Assembly (NCBI GenBank): GCA_964291315.2
Contig: OZ219753.1
Location: 2,976,001-3,040,000, forward strand
From: Candidatus Poribacteria bacterium
Lineage (GTDB): Bacteria; Poribacteria; WGA-4E; WGA-3G
Reading direction: 5' to 3'
Length of the DNA stretch: 64,000 bases
Shown: positions 56,929 through 64,000 of the stretch, piece by piece
How the letters are laid out: the number at the start of each line of letters is the position of its first letter
Position numbering within the stretch: position 1 is the stretch's first letter
Made by a program: the position numbers and the translations under genes
The notes under the pieces: model-generated
What the model was told of the DNA's origin: nothing
The model's input: the letters and a program-made list of their open reading frames with translations, nothing else
The model's database searches: none

Positions 56929-58061
56929 TCACAGATTACCACAAATGGCTTGACACGCATAAGCCCTTCCACTGGTTTATCGCTTTCTACGGCATCCTTA
57001 AAGACGGCGGATTTGATGTCATTATCGGAAACCCGCCCTACATAGAATATAGCAAAGTCAAAAAGGATTACACAGTAAAAGGATACGAAACCGAAACGTG
57101 CGGCAATTTATACGCCTTTGTGTTTGAAAGAAGTTTTCGGCTGCTTCAAAAGAATGGGTGGAAATCAATGATAATCCCGCATTCCGCATACTGCACCGAT
57201 AGAATGGCACCCCTCCAACTTTTATTCCAGCACCATAAATACGCTGCGTGGATGCAAACATATGCTATGAGTCCGTCGAAGCTATTTATCGGAGCAGATC
57301 AACGGTTGGCAATTTATATTCTTCAACAGAGTTCAAAGGCATCCAATCTGTTGTATACATCCGGCTATAACAGATGGAACGAGATATTTCGCGAATATCT
57401 CTTCAGTGTCGCAGAATACGCAGAGGTTACGCATATCTCATTTCAGAATTCTGTGCCGAAAGTCCATAGTGAGCTCGAGCAAAACGTATGGAAGAAACTA
57501 TCTCAGTTCTTAGCTTTAGGCAAACACCTTGACACGAAGCGGGCTCCTTACACAGCATATTACCATAACGCAGCTCGCTATTGGATTCGAGCAATGAACT
57601 TTGTTCCCTACTTTTGGAACGAGCGAGATGGTGAGAAAATCTCAACTCATATTAAACCGTTGTACTTCAGAACCGAGTTAGAGGCATCTGTCGCCACAGC
57701 AACTTTGAACAGCTCGCTTTTTTATTGGTGGTTTGTTCTTCTTTCTAATTGTCGTGACTTAACCTTGCGTGAGGTTAGAAGTTTTCCGATGGGAATAGCT
57801 CAAATGGAGCAGCAAACCAAGCAGAGCCTTTCCCAGCTGTGCAAGGACTTGATGGTAGATCTAAAGCATCACGCAAAACGCAAGAAAGCGTCCTATAAGA
57901 CCACTGGACAGGTCATCTACGATGAGTTTTATCCGCGGCATTCCAAGCACATTATAGACGAAATAGACCGCGTGCTTGCCAAACATTACGGCTTCAGCGA
58001 TGAGGAATTAGACTTCATCATCAACTATGACATCAAATATCGGGTGGGTTTGAGAGATTGA
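56925..58061 (+). CDS. Eco57I-like methyltransferase, C-terminal part (catalytic NPPY plus target recognition region)
   Basis: Open frame from tract: VITDYHKWLDTHKPFHWF..GGFDVIIGNPPY..GNLYAFVFER..LNSSLFYWW..IDEIDRVLAKHYG. Confidence 0.88.
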   Translation, partial: VITDYHKWLDTHKPFHWFIAFYGILKDGGFDVIIGNPPYIEYSKVKKDYTVKGYETETCGNLYAFVFERSFRLLQKNGWKSMIIPHSAYCTDRMAPLQLLFQHHKYAAWMQTYAMSPSKLFIGADQRLAIYILQQSSKASNLLYTSGYNRWNEIFREYLFSVAEYAEVTHISFQNSVPKVHSELEQNVWKKLSQFLALGKHLDTKRAPYTAYYHNAARYWIRAMNFVPYFWNERDGEKISTHIKPLYFRTELEASVATATLNSSLFYWWFVLLSNCRDLTLREVRSFPMGIAQMEQQTKQSLSQLCKDLMVDLKHHAKRKKASYKTTGQVIYDEFYPRHSKHIIDEIDRVLAKHYGFSDEELDFIINYDIKYRVGLRD

Positions 58062-58138
58062 TGGAGCCGACCCTAATGCCTTTCAGCTTATCTATTGAGA
58101 GTTCGTTTAGCTGACAGCCACTATGCATTAAAATGCCG

Positions 58139-58167
58139 TTGACAGAAACGGAGTGAGATGCTATAAT
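58139..58167 (+). promoter_or_regulatory. Consensus sigma70 promoter of serA
   Basis: TTGACA-17bp-TATAAT with TGn extension. Confidence 0.8.
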
Positions 58168-58222
58168 TTGAGGGTAGTTCGCAAGCAGTGTGCTGCTATG
58201 ATACGGTGGAGGAACCTGTAGT

Positions 58223-59809
58223 ATGAATAAGGTGCTGGTCAGCGACCTGCTGTCACAGCGAGGTTTGGACGTTCTAAAAGAGAGCGGTGAGTTTGAGGTG
58301 GACGTTATCCTCAATCTCTCGAAGGAGAAGTTGCTGGACCGAATCGCTGACTACGATGCTCTGCTTATCAGAAGTGCAACGAAGGTAACGAAGGACATCA
58401 TTGATGCAGCAACGCGGTTGAAAGTCATCGGACGTGCTGGGGTTGGTGTCGATAACATTGATGTACAGGCAGCGACTCAAAAAGGTATTTTGGTTGTTAA
58501 CACGCCAACCGGAAATACGATCGCCGCAGCGGAACACACAATCGCCATGCTATTGGCGTTGGCGCGGAATATAGTGCCAGCAGGAATTTCGCTGAAAAAC
58601 AGGAATTGGCAGCGGAATAATTTCATTGGTGTCGAGTTGTACGGAAAGGTGTTTGGGACTGTTGGACTCGGCAGGATTGGACGGGAAGTAGCGTACCGCG
58701 CCCAGGCCTTTGAGATGCACGTCATCGCTTATGATCCGTACATTTCAGCGGGTGCAGCGGAAAGAATGGGTATTCGGCTGGTGGACCGGGAAACGCTGTT
58801 TCGGGAGGCTGACTATATCTCTGTCCATACCCACTTGAACACCGAGACTTACCACACTATCGGTGCGTTAGAGTTTGATCTGATGAAACCGAGCTGCCGG
58901 CTAGTTAACTGTGCGCGCGGTGGTATTATTGATGAAGAGGCACTTTATCATGCTCTGAAGACAGGTCAACTTGCTGGTGCTGCGCTGGATGTCTTTGAGA
59001 ACGAACCGGCAACCGATACACCGCTATTAGATTTAGAGAATTTTCTCGCCGTTCCCCACCTCGGAGCATCAACATCTGAGGCACAAGAGCATGTCGCCGT
59101 CGAAGTCGCACAACAGGCGATGAATGCCCTCCGCGGCCAACCTGTCGCTAATGCTGTGAATCAGCCCAAGATTGATCCAAGAATCCTTGATATTTTAGGG
59201 CCTTATCTGGAACTCGCCGAAAAGATTGGCAGCTTTCATACGCAGATTGTTGAGGGACAAATATCAGCGATTAAAATCCACTATCGGGGCACCCTCTTCC
59301 AGCAGGAGGATGTGACCCTGGTGACTGTCGCTTTGCAGAAGGGGCTTTTGGCACCCGTGCTTCGGGACGTAAACTATGTAAATGCGCCCTTCCTAGTAAA
59401 GCAACGCGGAATTGCTGTTACAGAAACAAAGAGCGAAACAGAAACCAACTATGTAAACTCCATTGCAATTACAGTTACAACCGATGAACGAGAGTCAATA
59501 ATTGAAGGTACCGCTTTCGGCAGCAAGGACATCCGCATTGTCAAAATAGATCAACTTCATATAAATGTGAGACCCACGGGATACATTCTTCTCATCTATA
59601 ACCGTGACCAACCCGGTATGATAGGGCTCATGGGCACGATCTTAGGCGAGCACGATATCAACATTGCTGACATGGCGGTCGGACGTTCACAGCTCGGGGA
59701 ACAGGCCGTGACGCTTATTAACGTGGACAGTCATGTGCCTCGACACGTCTTGCAAACAATCGCGGCACAAAACAAGATAGATTTTGTTAAACAGGTCTTT
59801 CTACAGTAG
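58223..59809 (+). CDS. serA: D-3-phosphoglycerate dehydrogenase (with ASB and ACT domains)
   Basis: IRSATK, GRAGVGVDNID, AAAEH, NCARGG, PHLGAST, VNYVNA, DQPGMIG. Confidence 0.95.
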   Translation: MNKVLVSDLLSQRGLDVLKESGEFEVDVILNLSKEKLLDRIADYDALLIRSATKVTKDIIDAATRLKVIGRAGVGVDNIDVQAATQKGILVVNTPTGNTIAAAEHTIAMLLALARNIVPAGISLKNRNWQRNNFIGVELYGKVFGTVGLGRIGREVAYRAQAFEMHVIAYDPYISAGAAERMGIRLVDRETLFREADYISVHTHLNTETYHTIGALEFDLMKPSCRLVNCARGGIIDEEALYHALKTGQLAGAALDVFENEPATDTPLLDLENFLAVPHLGASTSEAQEHVAVEVAQQAMNALRGQPVANAVNQPKIDPRILDILGPYLELAEKIGSFHTQIVEGQISAIKIHYRGTLFQQEDVTLVTVALQKGLLAPVLRDVNYVNAPFLVKQRGIAVTETKSETETNYVNSIAITVTTDERESIIEGTAFGSKDIRIVKIDQLHINVRPTGYILLIYNRDQPGMIGLMGTILGEHDINIADMAVGRSQLGEQAVTLINVDSHVPRHVLQTIAAQNKIDFVKQVFLQ

Positions 59810-59868
59810 CGTAGATTTTGTGTCTTTACCGGAATAGTGTATAGACCCATGAAAAAAGGACAGAACAC

Positions 59869-61272
59869 TTGGATGCCAAACAGAAATGCCTATTTATTAA
59901 TAACGAAATTCCGAAGGCAAAATTATTCGAAAGCGAAAAACGGGAGGTACACCGAGACTGCAATACGTCATGGCGTATCTCGCCAGAACCATTTTGGATC
60001 ACTGATACCGACTTAAAATGGTTTGAAGAGCTCGGTCCCCATCTTTTAAGTTTCTATCGAGCATGCAATCTACTCTATTCACAGAGCGTTCGCGGGATTC
60101 AACCTGCCTGGGTGGCTGAATACTTAGAACTCGGGAAACCGGAGATGGTCGTTCAATATGGACGGATGAACCGTTTTAAGAGTCAATTACCTGGGGTACT
60201 ACGTCCCGACATCCTTCCAACTGCTGACGGCATGACGATTACAGAACTAGATTCAATTCCGGGTTTCATTGGGGCGACGGGGTGCCTCGGACGTTTATAT
60301 GCACAACTCGGCTATTCTATTATTGGCGGCAGCGATGGAATGGTGGACGGATACGCCGAGATGATCCGGACTTTGACAAACATAGATGAGCCTACGCTTG
60401 CAATTGTGGTCTCGGATGAATCACAAGATTATTGGGCAGAGATGGTGTGGTTGGCTGCAGCACTTTCTCAAGCGGGAATACAAACCTTCACTGTCAAGCC
60501 ACAAGAGATAATTTTCACTGAAAATGGATTGTTTGTTGAAAGCACATCACGGAAGATAGCAATTGACGTAGTTTACCGATTCTATGAGTTATTTGACTTG
60601 TTGAACATTCCGAAAGTGGAATTAATGTTTTATAGCGCGAAGAAACGGACGGTCGTGATGACCCCGCCCCCCAAAGCGTATTTAGAAGAGAAATTGTGTC
60701 TCGCGCTTTTCCATCATCCTGCACTCCAAACATTTTGGAAACGTCAACTCGGCAGAAAAACTTATCCGTTCTTACAAACAGCGATCCCGGCAACATGGAT
60801 TATGGATGCGCGGCCTCTGCCGCCGCATGCAGTGATTCCGAACTTAGAAGTGAATGGAGAGTCCGTAGCGGATTGGCGGCAGTTAGGTGCTCTAACACAG
60901 CGACAACGGAAAATGGTTATCAAACCCTCGGGTTTTTCCGAATTGGCGTGGGGCAGCCGCGGTGTGGCGATTGGACACGACATCCCAACAGAGGAGTGGG
61001 TAGACATCATTCAGAAAAGCCTTGAGAATTTTGAGAAAAGCCCGCACATCCTCCAGAAGTTCCACACTGCTGAAAGGGTGCGGATGCAGTATTACGATTT
61101 CGAGAGTGGAGATATGCAAGAGATGGCATGCCGCCCGCTACTCCGCCCATACTATTTCGTGGTCGAAAATACGGTGAAACTCGGCGGTATGCAAGCTGCT
61201 GTCTGTCCTGCGGATAAGAAAATCTTACACGGGATGGTGGACTCTATTATCGTGCCGTGTGCACATAAGTAA
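59869..61272 (+). CDS. ATP-grasp-like peptide ligase (circularly permuted / GSP-synthetase-like)
   Basis: LRPDIL..ITELDSIPG, VYRFYELFD, VIKPSG..WGSRGV, ILQKF. Confidence 0.6.
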   Translation: MDAKQKCLFINNEIPKAKLFESEKREVHRDCNTSWRISPEPFWITDTDLKWFEELGPHLLSFYRACNLLYSQSVRGIQPAWVAEYLELGKPEMVVQYGRMNRFKSQLPGVLRPDILPTADGMTITELDSIPGFIGATGCLGRLYAQLGYSIIGGSDGMVDGYAEMIRTLTNIDEPTLAIVVSDESQDYWAEMVWLAAALSQAGIQTFTVKPQEIIFTENGLFVESTSRKIAIDVVYRFYELFDLLNIPKVELMFYSAKKRTVVMTPPPKAYLEEKLCLALFHHPALQTFWKRQLGRKTYPFLQTAIPATWIMDARPLPPHAVIPNLEVNGESVADWRQLGALTQRQRKMVIKPSGFSELAWGSRGVAIGHDIPTEEWVDIIQKSLENFEKSPHILQKFHTAERVRMQYYDFESGDMQEMACRPLLRPYYFVVENTVKLGGMQAAVCPADKKILHGMVDSIIVPCAHK

Positions 61273-61291
61273 CAAGAAAGGTAATTTCAGT

Positions 61292-62116
61292 ATGAAGCTC
61301 AGTGAGCAGCAATTAGCACAGTTCCGCAATGCCGGTTATCTTGCAATTGAGGGGTTTTTTAACGCCACTGAGGCGAAAGCTCTCCGATTGGAATTGGAAC
61401 GGATTTACGATACAGAGCTCAAAAATAGAACAGGTATTAACTGCGCGGTGCAAGCAGACGGTACTAAACGCGACAACGAAGGGGAACGACAGAACCTACA
61501 AGTCATCCCACTCAACAGCCGTAGCGACTTGCACAAAGCCTTGCCATTTCACCCAAAGGTCATCTGCGCCGTTGAGCAGCTCATTGGAGATGAATTTATG
61601 TTAGAGCTAGATCAGGCGTTCTGGAAACCCGCAAAGGTTGGTATCGGCACAAGTTGGCATCAAGATAACGCCTATTTCAAGATCGCGGATCCGTTGCGCG
61701 GCACGGCGATGTGGATCGCTATCCACGACGCGAATGTCGAGAACGGGTGCATGCACGTTATTCCGAGCAGCCATAGAGTGACCTATGAACACTACCGTGA
61801 CCCGTTGAGTGATCACCACATTCGGTGTGATCCGCCTGAAGAGTGTGCAGTGCCGATTGAATTGAAAGCGGGGGGTGTGCTTTTCTTCTGCTACGGTGTG
61901 GCACACTGCACGAAGTCTAACCGCTCTGATACGGAACGCGCAGGAGTCGCGCTTCATTTCCTCCACAACGATTTTGGGGGACGTGAACTCTGGGAAGACA
62001 ACAATACAACCAAACCGATGCTTCGCGGACCCCTTGCAACAGGGGGCGAAACCGAGTTCGGTGAGAAGTTTGAAGGCAGATGGGAAGAGTTGATGAACGC
62101 GGTGCTTCGGAGCTGA
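61292..62116 (+). CDS. Phytanoyl-CoA dioxygenase (PhyH) family Fe(II)/2OG oxygenase
   Basis: WHQD, WIAIHDA..NGCM..PSSH, distal His, N.S...R. Confidence 0.9.
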   Translation: MKLSEQQLAQFRNAGYLAIEGFFNATEAKALRLELERIYDTELKNRTGINCAVQADGTKRDNEGERQNLQVIPLNSRSDLHKALPFHPKVICAVEQLIGDEFMLELDQAFWKPAKVGIGTSWHQDNAYFKIADPLRGTAMWIAIHDANVENGCMHVIPSSHRVTYEHYRDPLSDHHIRCDPPEECAVPIELKAGGVLFFCYGVAHCTKSNRSDTERAGVALHFLHNDFGGRELWEDNNTTKPMLRGPLATGGETEFGEKFEGRWEELMNAVLRS

Positions 62117-62402
62117 CTTTTCCGTATGAGACTTCGCAATTGGCCCCTGTATTTTTTTAACAAACTGACGAGCTACAGACCGATAGCGGAACTCCGCCGA
62201 GAATGGCGGTTAGATTGATATATTTCGCTGCACCACTTCTCTTTCTGAAACCCGCGCGTCCGAGATAATAAAGGCATCGGGTCTGCCGCTGTCCATATCA
62301 GTAAAAAAAATAGGTTGCATTCCCCTGTCTTCGTGGTATGCTCTAACCACTTTCGAACAAGTTCGTATCTTTGATAGAAAAAACCATAGGAGAAGCTGTA
62401 AA

Positions 62403-63194
62403 ATGAAACAGTTATTTGGTTACATCACCCTACTTTGCGCGTTTCTATTTATAACGGTCGGATACATTCAGGCGGATCTAGTGGAAGATCTCATTGTCTA
62501 CTTCACATTTGAAAATGTCAGTGGGAAGAGGATTGTTGATGATTCGGGCAACGGACTTGATGCGGACATCATCGCGAACGCTAAAGTCGTAGACGGGAAA
62601 TATGGGAAGGCAATTTTCATCGAAAAAGAAGGAGCAGACTGTGTGAATGTCCCTGCCTCTGATGAATTGAAAATCACCGGTGAGATCACAATGGCGGCGT
62701 GGATCTATCAGGAAGCTTGGAACAACAATTCCCAATGGTTCGATAAAAACTGCCATAACGGAGGCGAGCACTCTTCTTACGGTATCGGAGCCTTCGAGGA
62801 CGGCGCGAGTTTTAATATGTTTTTAGGAAGCGGCAATTCCAGACCTACCCTGAACAAACCACACAACCTGGACGCAAAGACGTGGCATCACGTCGTCGGC
62901 ACCTACGACGGTGCAACCATGAAGGTCTATGTCGATGGTGAAGTCGCAGCTGAGCAAGACCAAAAGTTTGAATTCAAAGGCACCAATGATCAGGATTTGC
63001 GGATCGGATGCTCCAAGGATAGGCCGCAGTACACTTTCGAGAACGGTTCTATTGACGAAGCCGCTATATGGCGGCGGGCGCTCAGCGAAGATGAAATCAA
63101 GCAAATAATGAACGAAGGTTTCCTTGCAGTTTCGCCGCTTGACAAAACCGCAACCACGTGGGCCAGTATTAAACGCACGATAGGCACACCCTAA
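62403..63194 (+). CDS. Secreted LamG-like jellyroll protein
   Basis: Signal peptide, DDSGNG, GKYGKA, WHHVVGTYDG, IDEAAIWRRALS, C-terminal AVSPLDKTATTWASIK. Confidence 0.9.
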   Translation: MKQLFGYITLLCAFLFITVGYIQADLVEDLIVYFTFENVSGKRIVDDSGNGLDADIIANAKVVDGKYGKAIFIEKEGADCVNVPASDELKITGEITMAAWIYQEAWNNNSQWFDKNCHNGGEHSSYGIGAFEDGASFNMFLGSGNSRPTLNKPHNLDAKTWHHVVGTYDGATMKVYVDGEVAAEQDQKFEFKGTNDQDLRIGCSKDRPQYTFENGSIDEAAIWRRALSEDEIKQIMNEGFLAVSPLDKTATTWASIKRTIGTP

Positions 63195-63281
63195 ACACGA
63201 ACCTTCGTAAACATAAAACGGCATAGGTGTTAACCTTAAAAATGGGAAGCACCTGTGTCCTTTCTATAGGGACAGAAAAAA

Positions 63282-64000
63282 ATGGTAAAGATTGGAATTG
63301 TGGGCATCGGATTTATGGGGATGATTCACTACTACGGAATTCAGCGCGCAGCCGGTGCCGAAGTGGTCGCTATTTGCACACGGGATCCGAAAAAACTGTC
63401 GGGCGATTGGACAGGCATTCAGGGCAATTTTGGACCCCGCGGAGGTATAGAGGACATCTCAAACATCCGAAAATATAGTGAGGTTAACGAACTCCTTGCT
63501 GACGAAGAAATAGACCTCGTTGATATCTGTCTGCCGACACACCTCCACAAACAGGTCACTATGGCATCTCTTGAGGCAGGGAAACATACGCTTGTTGAGA
63601 AACCGATCTCGATCTCTATTGACGACGCGAATGAACTGGTTCAACTTGCAGAAAAAATAGAAGCGACGCGAAAAGCTGTCCTTCAGAACCCATGTTTTCT
63701 AATGGTGGCACACGTCCTACCTTTCTTTGCTGAATACGCTTATGCAAAGCGGGTGGTGGAAGAGGGGAAATATGGAAAACTGCTCGGCGCACATTTCAAA
63801 CGAATTATCTCAAAACCGAGCTGGTCAAGAGATGTCGCCGATATCGAAAAGAGTGGAGGCCCCGGTATTGACTTGCATATTCACGATACCCATTTTATTC
63901 AACTCCTCTGTGGTGTCCCCGATGCTGTGTTCTCGCAAGGCAAAATCGCCAAAGGTAACTTTGTTGACTATCTGACGACACAATACATCTACAACGATAA
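63282..64000 (+). CDS. Gfo/Idh/MocA family oxidoreductase (runs off window end)
   Basis: MVKIGIVGIGFMG, DICLPTHLH, GKHTLVEKP, SGGPGIDLHIHD. Confidence 0.9.
   Translation, partial: MVKIGIVGIGFMGMIHYYGIQRAAGAEVVAICTRDPKKLSGDWTGIQGNFGPRGGIEDISNIRKYSEVNELLADEEIDLVDICLPTHLHKQVTMASLEAGKHTLVEKPISISIDDANELVQLAEKIEATRKAVLQNPCFLMVAHVLPFFAEYAYAKRVVEEGKYGKLLGAHFKRIISKPSWSRDVADIEKSGGPGIDLHIHDTHFIQLLCGVPDAVFSQGKIAKGNFVDYLTTQYIYND

Noticed and set aside
61866-61880. AAGC-G6-TGTGC as a third copy of the switch element (also AAGC-G4 at about 39129 and 43386)
   Set aside because: No TAATC or palindrome, genes are in frame, and codons (KAGGV, ASGVY) explain the sequence

Overview
64-kb bacterial chromosomal window. 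It is probably from Candidatus Poribacteria or a relative; this is inferred from the LRR-dockerin-'YPNPFNPETWIPYQL' proteins, a LamG protein ending in TTWASIK, and the CRTAC1/ASPIC-UnbV, PhyH and Uma2 genes. Housekeeping genes (mtaB, mutS, tRNA-Asn, aspS, der, serA, a trmJ-like gene, transporters) alternate with dense DNA-modification and defence content: two orphan Dam-like methyltransferases, a Type III-like mod/res pair, a GmrSD-type Type IV nuclease, an AAA-PD-(D/E)XK protein, Uma2, and a PLD-SNF2 helicase plus Eco57I-like methyltransferase pair. The main observation is that two unrelated adenine methyltransferase genes ~39.5 kb apart are each frameshifted at a poly-G tract (G8 at 17408-17415, G9 at 56917-56925). 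Both tracts sit in the same context, AAGC-Gn-TAATC, next to a GTAATC-N3-GATTAC-type palindrome, and both genes are restored at G7 or G10. Both tracts also lie where a strong local G-rich skew ends abruptly. This suggests a shared switch or cassette-exchange site in these defence genes, but homopolymer sequencing error cannot be excluded for the frameshifts themselves. Other oddities are a lipoprotein cassette between mod and res, an ATA start on res, insertions in AspRS, Der and two transporters, and a dihaem cytochrome-LRR-cohesin-dockerin fusion. No CRISPR array, rRNA, integrase, transposase or reverse transcriptase was seen.
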